From the NCBI GenBank assembly GCA_018238545.1, contig JABCTC010000007.1, positions 32,087 through 96,086 of the forward strand: a stretch of DNA of 64,000 nucleotides, read 5' to 3'. Position 1 is the stretch's first letter. Every line of letters starts with the position of its first letter. The notes beneath the pieces are model-generated. The model saw only the letters and a list, made by a program, of their open reading frames with translations, was not told the origin of the DNA and did no database searches. Source of the DNA: Candidatus Heimdallarchaeota archaeon (GTDB taxonomy: Archaea > Asgardarchaeota > Heimdallarchaeia > Heimdallarchaeales > Heimdallarchaeaceae). Made by a program: the position numbers and the translations under genes. Below, one piece after another: positions 28,910-37,897 of this stretch.

Positions 28910-29975
28910 TTATTCAGTTCCTTTTTCACTCTTATTTTTCTTTACTGACTGAGTAATTTTTCTTGCTAAAGCTCTAATACCTTCAACTAGGAAGAATATT
29001 CCATATAGATATGCAAAAAGAATAATTAATTGAGTACCAAGCATACCGCTTGAATACATATCTTCAAACATTTCTCCAAATTTAATCAAAGGTAGAACTG
29101 CCAAATATCCAGGATTCACTTCATGTTCAATAGGATATGGGGATGGAATCCCATCAAAGATCATTCCTGTTTGTCTTGCTTTTAATTGAGCAAATATAGC
29201 TTCTTCAGTAAATTCTGTGACATTTAGAGTTGACCAAGAATAAACTGGCTCTGGAATGTGCATATCTGTACTAGCAAGCATACCCAGTCCATTATCTAAA
29301 CAGAAATAGTAAGATTCATTATCAAACACTTCTTCGTTTATAACTTCAATATAGTCAATTCCCCAATCAGCTAACTGTTGTCGTGAAGGTTGATTTGAAC
29401 AATAGTCCTCTGACCATGGTATGTGATTAACCATAATAATGCCACCCAATGCCTGAGTTGATGCAATAATTTCTTGAATTTCTTCATCAGTGGGAGTATA
29501 ACTATACGACTTGAATGTTGCCAAAGTCTCATATTGTTCTGCTGTAACTGTAGGTGGGAGTATAACATTCATATGCAAGCGATCAGTTGTCCATTCCATG
29601 CCTGTAAGAACTTTAATCGAGTCATTAAATTCTGTTCTTGCTATCTGTTTTATTTCTTCTATTCCTTCAAATGTATTATGATCTGTTAATACTATCGCAT
29701 TGAATCCCATAGCCATGTGCCAAAGTAGATTTTGTCTAGGAGATAAATCACCATCAGAGTAAAATGTATGAGAGTGAGGATCTAGAATAACATTCCATTC
29801 AGAGTGATTGTATTCTGGAACATAGCTGAAACCCTCCCAATCGGAATCAGTATAGATATAATGAGAAACGGGGTCGTAAATCAAAGGTATAGAGACGCCA
29901 ATTATAGACCAGATTACTAAAGAGAATACAAGAAAATTAACAAAGAGTTTTACTAGTCCCTTATTTTTTTTTCAT
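28910..29975 (-). CDS. PHP-domain phosphoesterase, membrane-anchored; +1 frameshift in an A9 tract after the start codon
   Basis: DPHSHT..SDG, LTDHN, GMEWT, VNH, STDMH. The N-terminal TM segment is in frame, but ATG 29975 is out of frame by 1 nt. Confidence 0.82.
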
Positions 29976-30061
29976 CGGTAAGTGTAGAACATAATAAGTT
30001 GCTTTAAAATTCTTTTGTAATAATATAATTAGAAAAGTCAGGATTAAGGTTGTAAGTAATC

Positions 30062-30463
30062 TCACATGTTTAAATGAGTGACGAAACCATTGCATATAAT
30101 AGTCCAATTACCATAATCACTGAGAATAATGGGGAAAGACAATGTTCCTGAATAAAACGCAGGTAGCAAACATGGATTCATTTCCATATAAATGGAAATT
30201 GCTACTCTTCTAAAATTTTCATTCATATCAACAGTGTAGCCTTGAATTCTATCGCAACATGTTTGTGAAGACAAAGAGATGTTAACAATACAACAGTAAA
30301 CAGTATCTGCTCACGCAACATGATCATACATAACTACAGAGTCAATGATTACAGAATCAACTTTAGCATGATGAGGAAAGACGTTGGAAATAAGGAACAT
30401 AACGAGTATAATCATAAAAAAAACAGAAACAACAAAAATAGGAATTTTATAGCGTTTTTTCAT
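30062..30463 (-). pseudogene. Small exported/membrane-anchored protein with one in-frame TGA (30311-30313)
   Basis: MKKRYKIPIFVVSVFFMIILVMFLIS...HVA*ADTVYCC... continues in frame into the track ORF 30062-30274. Confidence 0.65.
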
Positions 30464-30519
30464 TGAAATATAATCAAAACTAAAAACTACTTAAAGATTT
30501 AGTGCAAATAAAAGATAGT

Positions 30520-30645
30520 TGGTAGCGCCTGATGGACTTGAACCATCGATCTTCGGGTTTCCCAATTGTTGGTTTATGAGCCCGACGGGTTTTCCACGCT
30601 TAAGGACCATATGGAATTCCTCCATACGATTTACCCCAAGGCGCT
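30520..30645 (-). tRNA. Initiator tRNA-Met(CAU) with two introns (14/15, 32 nt; 37/38, 16 nt) and encoded CCA
   Basis: Acceptor AGCGCCT/AGGCGCT (A1:U72), D stem GGGT/ACCC, anticodon stem TCGGG/CCCGA (three G:C), CT-CAT-A, T arm GATGG-TTCAAGT-CCATC, ACCA end. Confidence 0.93.
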
Positions 30646-30728
30646 CTTTCTACTCCATCTTTACTTCCATGTCTTTTAAACCTTTTTTTCTGGCATTTAT
30701 TATCAAAATAGATTTTCGAACATAGTGC

Positions 30729-32072
30729 TTAATTTGTTTCTATCTTTACTGGTATTCCCTTCTTAGTTATATTTCTAAAGAAAAATCTTTCAACAATTGG
30801 ATCCTTTATTATTCTCCCAAAATTAATGTTTAGTTTATCTTTGTAGCTAACCATTGCTGTTCCAACCTTATTTACTGGCACTTGAGCTGGAACAAATTCC
30901 ACATCCTCTATGTGCTTTTCAATCTCTTCAGGTAATTTTACACGCCCAAGGTTGGTTAGAATTCCTGTGTATGCTGGTGTGCCGATGTAATAATATCCCC
31001 TTTGTCCAAAGAATTTCTTTAATGCTAAAGGTGTTAGTCTTAAAAACATTCTACGTTCAATTGTGGTGTTCTTATACATTGTAGAAGTGAATGCCTTAGC
31101 ATGTACTTCTTTTTTCATAAAGTGGTGAACCTGTCTGACTATTTCATCAAAGCTATATCGACCTAATCTAGGATCTATTTCAGGTAAAATGTAAAGAGAA
31201 AAGTTCCTCATTGTTTTTGATGGAAATAAATTACGTAAGTTTACTGGTACCATTATCCTGATTGGTTTGAGATTTTTCTTTAATAGACTAGCTGGGAAAC
31301 TATAAAGCAGTTCCTGCAAGGATTCCATATAATTTGAAACGATATATTCAGTAATACTTATTCCATAACCCTTTGCTTCTTCTAGCACTTTTTTTATGGG
31401 CATTATCCCTTTAGTTACGTGATAAATCCCCACTTTCTCACGTTTGAAGGGTATGATGAATGCTTTTGACAAAAACTCTCTTCCAGTTTTTACTTTCTGA
31501 CTGTATCTCCTGTATGCATCCTCATACTCTTCTAATATTGGGATTTGATTAGGTCTTAGAATGTCACCCCAGTCCTCAGATTTAACTCCTCTAACGCTTA
31601 AATACTCCGCAACTAAAGCTTTCAAAAATGTTAATCCACCAGTCCCATCAGTTAGACAATGACTATATTCGATTGCTATCCTTCTCTTGTATGCTTTTAC
31701 TCTGAAAGGAAATTCGCTCTTATTGGTTATTGGAATAAAATTATTTGGAAACTTTGAATCTGGGTAAATTTTAGGGTAATCTAGATTTGTTTCCCAAAAG
31801 TGCCAGAAGAAACTTGTTTTCATGTTTACTCTGAAGTAAGGAAACCTAACGATTATGTTGTTCAAGGCTTTTTGGAGCTGAGTTATATTGATTGTTTCTT
31901 TCATTGTAGCCGAAAGACGAAAAACTTGTGGTATTTTTGGTGAGGATATTAAACTAAAACCGGTTGCTGCATTTTCTAGTCTGTGCCATTCTTTATCTCT
32001 ATCACTTACTCCCACTAGAAAACGATCGTTTACCTTAAAAGATTCAGAGTATGGGGCATCATTGTTTACCAT
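30729..32072 (-). CDS. CoA-dependent acyltransferase (alcohol acetyltransferase/condensation-like)
   Basis: HxxxDG (HCLTDG), RFPYF, VPVNLR.LFPSKTMRNF, LTNLG. Confidence 0.8.
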   Translation of the reverse strand: MVNNDAPYSESFKVNDRFLVGVSDRDKEWHRLENAATGFSLISSPKIPQVFRLSATMKETINITQLQKALNNIIVRFPYFRVNMKTSFFWHFWETNLDYPKIYPDSKFPNNFIPITNKSEFPFRVKAYKRRIAIEYSHCLTDGTGGLTFLKALVAEYLSVRGVKSEDWGDILRPNQIPILEEYEDAYRRYSQKVKTGREFLSKAFIIPFKREKVGIYHVTKGIMPIKKVLEEAKGYGISITEYIVSNYMESLQELLYSFPASLLKKNLKPIRIMVPVNLRNLFPSKTMRNFSLYILPEIDPRLGRYSFDEIVRQVHHFMKKEVHAKAFTSTMYKNTTIERRMFLRLTPLALKKFFGQRGYYYIGTPAYTGILTNLGRVKLPEEIEKHIEDVEFVPAQVPVNKVGTAMVSYKDKLNINFGRIIKDPIVERFFFRNITKKGIPVKIETN

Positions 32073-32089
32073 TCTTATCCCCTAATAAA

Positions 32090-32848
32090 CTATGTTTTCA
32101 ATTTTTTCTTAATTTCCAGTACTCGCTTCATATCAACAATTCTAGTAAGTCTGTAATGAAGGTATAACAGAAATCCGCCAACAATTGTAAGAGGAATTAT
32201 TACATAGAGTGACCATTTAATTGTTATAGTTTCATGGATATAACTCAAAATAATAAGATCCAGTCCTAAACACATTGTGCTTACACCAAATAATACAAAT
32301 GCTGCAATATTGACACCTTTATTTTTTATCCTAATAGAACTTATTACTACAATACTTGTAACTAATATAGTTAAACCAATAATCGGCAAAGCTAGTTGGT
32401 AATACCAATCTATTGACCCATTATCATAGAAATCTATCAGCACAAGAAAAGCGATTAATGAAAGTGTTTCACCCACCACAATAAGTATAGGTTTTTTAAG
32501 AAGTAATAAAGGCACTGAAATTAATAACCATGCAAGGATAATACCTGTTAATGGGTACTTTCCCCATGTAATAGTAAAACTTCGTTCAATAAACATATTG
32601 ATACCAATAATAATAAGCAAAGGAACACCTGCTGAAACACTCACTGCTTCCCAAGCTACAAATCTTTTTCTTCTACTTGATATCTTTGGTTCATCTTCTG
32701 CTCCTTCTTCTTCAATGATTTCCTCAGGATATTTTTTCTCCTCAAAAATTTGATCAATATTGTCTGACTTCTGAATGTCTGATTGACATAAAGGACATTT
32801 TTCGATAAATGAATCGACTTCAACATTACATTTTATACAATATGACAT
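32090..32848 (-). CDS. Zinc-ribbon + 6-TM membrane protein (DUF6320-like)
   Basis: MSYCIKCNVE...CPLCQ followed by six TMs; co-oriented with the acyltransferase. Confidence 0.7.
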   Translation of the reverse strand: MSYCIKCNVEVDSFIEKCPLCQSDIQKSDNIDQIFEEKKYPEEIIEEEGAEDEPKISSRRKRFVAWEAVSVSAGVPLLIIIGINMFIERSFTITWGKYPLTGIILAWLLISVPLLLLKKPILIVVGETLSLIAFLVLIDFYDNGSIDWYYQLALPIIGLTILVTSIVVISSIRIKNKGVNIAAFVLFGVSTMCLGLDLIILSYIHETITIKWSLYVIIPLTIVGGFLLYLHYRLTRIVDMKRVLEIKKKLKT

Positions 32849-33086
32849 CTATCTCACAAGGCTAAACAATCTTCTTTGTCTCTTGTTTATTTAGTTTTCC
32901 TAGAAACGAACAAGGTCAAGAGAATTTCAACGCAGCTCTTTTTTAAGTTTGTTTTATTTGCAAAACAGTTTGTTTTGATTAAATTCTCTCAAAATACAAT
33001 ACTCCTTATTATCCTTTTACAATATTCTATTGTCATAAATGTTTTAACGAAACATTCATAACTTTTCAAGCCATTCGTGCTATTGA

Positions 33087-33896
33087 ATGTCATATTCTGC
33101 TGATAAATCCAAATTCATGGATAAGGAGCACGTAAGGTTGTCCTCTATTCTTATACTTCTCATAGTGGACGCTTTAGTTTATTTTGTACCTTATCGTAAT
33201 GATGTCTTAATAGGGAATTTATTTGGCATTTCCCTTTGGTTCTACTTTGGTGTTCTTAATGGGATTTTGCTTCTTCTGGTATACATTCTCTTCAGAGGAG
33301 AAGTGGAACTTGACTTTTCTAAAAATGAAGTAATATTTAGAGATTTCAAGAAACTTAAGAAATGGTCATTCGACAAAGTTTTAGGAATTTACCTTCTTGC
33401 ATATGATGGAGAATATTTACTCCGAATTAGACCGAAAAGATTGTTAACTCTTGACCTGAGATTAAACTTTGAAAATGCTTACAGTCTAATTGATAAGTTC
33501 AAAGAATTGGGATTTGAGTTCAAAACTATACGAGATGACAAACACAAACCTCTCTCCTATACTTTTCCAATACTTCTCTCAAAATATGATCGAAAACCAA
33601 GCGGGTATAATCCCGAAATTCCTAACTGGAATAGAGGAGTTACTTTGAGAACAAAATTACTTTCTATTACTTTGTCTCCTTTACTTTACATAATAAGTGC
33701 AACCTTAATTGTTAGAATCCCTCATTTATTAGATGGATTATCAGGAACAAAGGGAATTGTTTCTTTCATATATGGTTTTACAGCTTTTCTATTATTTGAT
33801 GGAGGTTTGTATCTTCTGTTTGGAATCTCATTGCTAGCTCTTTTACTTAAACAGATAACACGTTTCAAATCGTATTTCCATTCAAGTGATAACTGA
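33087..33896 (+). CDS. Membrane protein of unknown function
   Basis: Two TMs, a soluble beta domain, two TMs. Confidence 0.65.
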   Translation: MSYSADKSKFMDKEHVRLSSILILLIVDALVYFVPYRNDVLIGNLFGISLWFYFGVLNGILLLLVYILFRGEVELDFSKNEVIFRDFKKLKKWSFDKVLGIYLLAYDGEYLLRIRPKRLLTLDLRLNFENAYSLIDKFKELGFEFKTIRDDKHKPLSYTFPILLSKYDRKPSGYNPEIPNWNRGVTLRTKLLSITLSPLLYIISATLIVRIPHLLDGLSGTKGIVSFIYGFTAFLLFDGGLYLLFGISLLALLLKQITRFKSYFHSSDN

Positions 33897-33948
33897 AAAA
33901 TGTATTCAGAATGAGAAGATTAATTTGCATTAATTACTTGAGTTTCTT

Positions 33949-34500
33949 ATGAAAGATTGTCCAGGTTTTGTTATTTCCAGTGCTAGAACCCATGAGAAAA
34001 ATGCTTCTAGTGAGATATATTATGTTCTTTCAGAGTTGCTTGAACAAGAAGAAGTTAACGCGTCTCCGGTTTCCGGTATCTCTGGTCTTTCAATAGCTAC
34101 CTTTCAAGGAGATTCTATTCAAATTCTAGAAAAAATTCAGGAAATGATTGAAGATACACCATTTTTTCAATATACTTTGAAAATTGTTCCGTTTCAATAC
34201 AAAGTTAGTACTTCGATTGAAAATCTAAAAGAAGCAGCAATAAAGCTTAGAACAGAAATAGCCGAAGACGATACTTGGAAAATAAATGTACGAAGACGCC
34301 ACACACAAATTCCTAGAACTGAAATAATCAGTGCAATCGCAAATGAAATCAACAGAGGAAAAGTAATGCTTGAATCTCCAGACCAATACATAATAGTCGA
34401 AATCATCGGAAAATGGACCTATTTAGCGGTGTCGTCTATTCCAGAATTGTCAGTATCTGTTTCACAATTTTATGAAGAAGAAGATGATTTCACATTTTAA
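33949..34500 (+). CDS. Stand-alone THUMP-domain RNA-binding protein
   Basis: KIVP, TWKINVRRR, V.LESPD.YIIVEIIG. Confidence 0.85.
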   Translation: MKDCPGFVISSARTHEKNASSEIYYVLSELLEQEEVNASPVSGISGLSIATFQGDSIQILEKIQEMIEDTPFFQYTLKIVPFQYKVSTSIENLKEAAIKLRTEIAEDDTWKINVRRRHTQIPRTEIISAIANEINRGKVMLESPDQYIIVEIIGKWTYLAVSSIPELSVSVSQFYEEEDDFTF

Positions 34501-34580
34501 ATTGATAAAAAAGTAAAAATAAAAAAATAAAGGAAGAAAGATTTTGAACTTTCTTTTTTTCATAGAGGTCTCTGGATTTT

Positions 34581-34751
34581 TTAAAGGTCTCTTGCGGAAA
34601 CAGTCTTACGACCATTTGCTTTAGCTCTGTTAGCTGCTTTCTTAAGTAGTCCAGCTAGAACATCATCTAAAGCTTTGAGTAGGTCTCCACCAACCTTGTA
34701 ATCACCGAGTTCTTTGATATATTCTCTAACTTTTGATTGTACGATCATCAT
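34581..34751 (-). CDS. Histone-fold protein with truncated alpha3 (56 aa)
   Basis: Not in track. MMIVQSKVREYIKELGDYKVGGDLLKALDDVLAGLLKKAANRAKANGRKTVSARDL; RA..NGRKTV..xD histone signature. Confidence 0.92.
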   Translation of the reverse strand: MMIVQSKVREYIKELGDYKVGGDLLKALDDVLAGLLKKAANRAKANGRKTVSARDL

Positions 34752-34817
34752 TTCGATAGCACTTCTGTCGGTTTTTTACTTGCTCTAAAGCAAGCACGTT
34801 ATAAAATAGCTAGAACC

Positions 34818-34835
34818 TATTAAAAACCTTTTCGG
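34818..34835 (-). promoter_or_regulatory. BRE + TATA promoter of the histone gene
   Basis: Minus strand CCGAAAAGG-TTTTTAATA about 70 nt upstream of the ATG. Confidence 0.65.
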
Positions 34836-35028
34836 TTAAGTCGAAAAATAATGGTATTACACCCTCTCTAATAAGCAAACTCGTTAAAAAAATCCTTTTT
34901 AAAGCGTGAAACACAAGATATCTGATGTTACAAGCCAATTTGGCTTTAAACAGCGTTTTTTTGGAGAATCTGCCGGAATCACAAAGGTTAATAAACAAGT
35001 TCAAAAAAATGAAATTTTCAGTGAAAAT

Positions 35029-36315
35029 TTAGCTTTTATCAAGATTTTCATGAAGGAGTTTACCTAATTTTCTCACACCTATGTCTATCATATCTTTTTG
35101 TAGAAATGAGTAACCTATTCGCATACCACCATTAATGATTTTTAGAGGTTCAATATTTCTAGCTTCAGGATCATATGAATGACCATTGGGCGGATAAAAT
35201 GCTTTACTTGGAACTACAAGAACCTCATTTGGCAATAAAACTTCTTGATTAAATTTGTTTACATCAAATGTATAAGCTTTTTCTCCCTTAGGTTGCCACC
35301 AAACAAAGAAACCACCTGTTGGGTTAGTGTGCTCTCCTTCTGGAAAAGTTTCTATTAGCGCATTGAAAGCTGCGTCTTTTCGTTCTTTATATTTATTAAC
35401 GATAATTGGAAGTTGCTCATCAATATATTTGTCATAATAAATCTCTGCTACCCTTTGAGTCAAAGTTGGTGTGCATAAGTCTAAGTAACCTTTGGATTTT
35501 TCAGCTTGACCAAGTAATGTGTCGGGCATTATTGAATAACCTATTCGCAAAGGTGCTGCTTCTTTCGATGAAGAAGAAGTGTATATTACGCGAGTATTGT
35601 CTTTATCCAAAGTTTTCATGGTCGGTATTTTTGGTTCAAATTGTATTTCTTTGTATGCTGCGTCACAAATTACAATTACATCATGTTCTTCTGCAATATT
35701 GAACAATTGCTGTCTTCTTTTGAAAGACAATGTTGTACCCTTAGGATTATCACTATCCTCTACCACATAAAGAATTTTTACCTTTTTTCCAAATTCTTTT
35801 TCTGCCTTTATGATTGTATCTTCAACATATTCAGGAATCAGTCCTTCATTATCTGTGGGAGCCGTTACTGCATGACCTCCAACTTTTACAACAGTTGTAA
35901 TAAAACCCAAATATGCTGGAGATGGTGTAACTACAATATCTCCTGGATTGATCAAAATATCTAATGCAATGTAAATTGCTTGTTGGGAACCTGTTGTGAT
36001 CAAAACCTTTTCCCATTCTTCAGCTCCACTTATTATTCCCGCTCCATCTCTTCGGTGAATTCTTTCTGCTAATACTTTGCGAAGTCCAGTAATTCCAGCT
36101 GTTGGACCATATTGAAATTCTTTGATAACATTTTTCTCATCAGCATCATAATAATCAGCTAATTCTCTTAGAATTTGAGGGAAGATTTTTGTTGGAAGAT
36201 TCCCAGGTAATCCAGCAGCTAAGTAGTACTTTGCCTTGCTTTTAAGAAGTCTTCTTATCTCGCTCTCAGGAATTTCTTGCGTCCAGTTTGCTAGAATGTT
36301 TTTTATTGTATCCAC
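35029..36315 (-). CDS. PLP-dependent aminotransferase class I/II (LysN/ARO8-like)
   Basis: SEIR.LL, QYG.TAG, TTGSQQA, NPKG, DAAY, SSSKEAAPLRIG. Confidence 0.9.
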   Translation of the reverse strand: MDTIKNILANWTQEIPESEIRRLLKSKAKYYLAAGLPGNLPTKIFPQILRELADYYDADEKNVIKEFQYGPTAGITGLRKVLAERIHRRDGAGIISGAEEWEKVLITTGSQQAIYIALDILINPGDIVVTPSPAYLGFITTVVKVGGHAVTAPTDNEGLIPEYVEDTIIKAEKEFGKKVKILYVVEDSDNPKGTTLSFKRRQQLFNIAEEHDVIVICDAAYKEIQFEPKIPTMKTLDKDNTRVIYTSSSSKEAAPLRIGYSIMPDTLLGQAEKSKGYLDLCTPTLTQRVAEIYYDKYIDEQLPIIVNKYKERKDAAFNALIETFPEGEHTNPTGGFFVWWQPKGEKAYTFDVNKFNQEVLLPNEVLVVPSKAFYPPNGHSYDPEARNIEPLKIINGGMRIGYSFLQKDMIDIGVRKLGKLLHENLDKS

Positions 36316-36426
36316 CTCTTACACCAATTAAATATGTGTTCTTGAACTGTATTTCTTTCATTAGAAACCTCTAAAAGATTTTCCATTCCTCTGTGAAGTA
36401 AATGAAATGGAAAAATATTGGCTGTT

Positions 36427-36885
36427 TTACTCGTACAACCAATCTGCATCTATTTTAGTGTATAAAGACATTTCTTCTTCAGTGAAGTAGATTAAAAACT
36501 CGGTTTTAGCATTTTCCGGTGAATCACCTGCATGGATAATGTTACGACCAATTTCTAATGCATAATCGCCTCGAATTGACCCCGGTTCTGCTTCAGCGGG
36601 ATTAGTAGCACCAACAATCTTTCTAGTTATTTTGACAGCGTCTTTTCCTTCAACTACCATTGCTACAACGGGACCACACGTTATGTATTCCAGTAATCCA
36701 TTGTAGAATGGTTTTTCCTTATGGATTGCATAGTGATTTTCAGCTTGTTCTTTAGAAACCTTGAACATTTTCATTGCTATGATTTTTAGTCCAACTTTCT
36801 CTATTCGTGTAATTACTTCTCCAATTAACCCTCTTTGTACACCATCAGGTTTAACCATAATAAATTCGCGTTCCAATTTTGTCAC
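36427..36885 (-). CDS. ndk: Nucleoside diphosphate kinase
   Basis: VKPDGVQRGL, GPVVAMV, PGSIRGDY, NIIHAGDS. Confidence 0.97.
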   Translation of the reverse strand: MTKLEREFIMVKPDGVQRGLIGEVITRIEKVGLKIIAMKMFKVSKEQAENHYAIHKEKPFYNGLLEYITCGPVVAMVVEGKDAVKITRKIVGATNPAEAEPGSIRGDYALEIGRNIIHAGDSPENAKTEFLIYFTEEEMSLYTKIDADWLYE

Positions 36886-37014
36886 CTTGCTATATATTCA
36901 ATTTTTTGACTTGAGAATAAAAATCAATTGATTGGAACATTTCACATGTAAATACTTGAATTTGAATATATAGAATAAATAAAAAATTAAAAAGAATAGT
37001 ATTGGAAAGAGAAA

Positions 37015-37203
37015 TTACATGACTTTTCTTTCGTATCTCTCTGTCCATTTTAGCTTCTTTGGATCACGTTTTAGAACTAATTGAGATTTTTTGCATTTGT
37101 TTGAACAAAAAGTTAGAACTGTTCCTGTTTTTTGAACATAAAGCAGTCCACATCCATGTTCGACATCTTTTCCACAATATGAACACTTTTTTATTTTTGG
37201 CAT
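37015..37203 (-). CDS. rpl24e: 50S ribosomal protein L24e
   Basis: CSYCG, FCSNKC, R.PKKLKWT. Confidence 0.96.
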   Translation of the reverse strand: MPKIKKCSYCGKDVEHGCGLLYVQKTGTVLTFCSNKCKKSQLVLKRDPKKLKWTERYERKVM

Positions 37204-37210
37204 CGTTTCA

Positions 37211-37432
37211 TTACCTCTTACGTATTTTCTTTGCTTCTCTTTCTGTCTCTCGTAGCATAACTACGTCGCCTTTGCGAACAGGACCCTTAAGATTTCGAGT
37301 TAATATTCTGTTCTTATCTCGACCTTCTAAAACCTTGACTCTAGCTTGGATAACTTCGCCAACACTGCCTGTTCTGTCAAGAACTTGAATCACTTCAGCA
37401 GGGATAGCATCATAGTCACTTTTAGCGCTCAT
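37211..37432 (-). CDS. rps28e: 30S ribosomal protein S28e
   Basis: [30 protein letters not shown]. Confidence 0.97.
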   Translation of the reverse strand: MSAKSDYDAIPAEVIQVLDRTGSVGEVIQARVKVLEGRDKNRILTRNLKGPVRKGDVVMLRETEREAKKIRKR

Positions 37433-37446
37433 TTCTTTCACCTAGC

Positions 37447-37806
37447 TTACTTTTTGAGTTCAGCTAATTTGTTGTTCAAACCTTTAATAGATTGCTTAGC
37501 TTCACCTGCATCAACTATTGCAATTGAAGCTGATCCAACCTTGAGTCCAGTTGCTTTTCCTAGTTCATCCTTAGTTGGGACAAATATGTAACTTATTTTG
37601 TGCTCTTCACACAAAAGTGGTAGGTGCATAACAATCTCTGGAGGGTTAACATCCTCTGCGATATAAACCAGAAAAGCTGTTTTTCTCTCAATTGCTTTGG
37701 TTACCTCGTTTGTTCCTTTTCGGATTTTTCCAGTCTTTGAAGAAGACTCTAATATTTTCAAAGACTCTTTAACAATTTCATCGGGAATTTCGAATTTTTT
37801 AAACAT
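37447..37806 (-). CDS. rpl7ae: 50S ribosomal protein L7Ae (eL8)
   Basis: GKIRKGTNEVTKAIER, IAEDVNPPEIVMHLP, LGKA.G; ATG at 37806 after GAGGTGA. Confidence 0.97.
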   Translation of the reverse strand: MFKKFEIPDEIVKESLKILESSSKTGKIRKGTNEVTKAIERKTAFLVYIAEDVNPPEIVMHLPLLCEEHKISYIFVPTKDELGKATGLKVGSASIAIVDAGEAKQSIKGLNNKLAELKK

Positions 37807-37813
37807 ATTTTTC

Positions 37814-37846
37814 ACCTCGGGCACAATAAATGTGCCTTCATTAGGT
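37814..37846 (-). promoter_or_regulatory. K-turn in the rpl7ae 5' leader overlapping the SD (autoregulatory element)
   Basis: mRNA ACC-UAAU-GA-A-GGCACA-UUUAU-UGUGCC-C-GA-GGU: tandem G.A pairs flanked by stems. Confidence 0.75.
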
Positions 37847-37897
37847 ATAGAAAAGAAATTTAGTAGAATTTAAAAGAATTATCTTTGAGTAGACTTT

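Noticed and set aside
30062-30463. Genome-wide TGA recoding or a definite selenoprotein
   Set aside because: Core genes such as infB and the Mrp gene end in TGA, Trp is TGG where checked, and no SECIS-like hairpin is visible.
30519-30725. 68-aa plus-strand ORF
   Set aside because: Antisense shadow of the tRNA gene.
32876-33061. 61-aa ORF (also 34810-35004)
   Set aside because: AT-rich intergenic/promoter sequence with no SD or protein motif.
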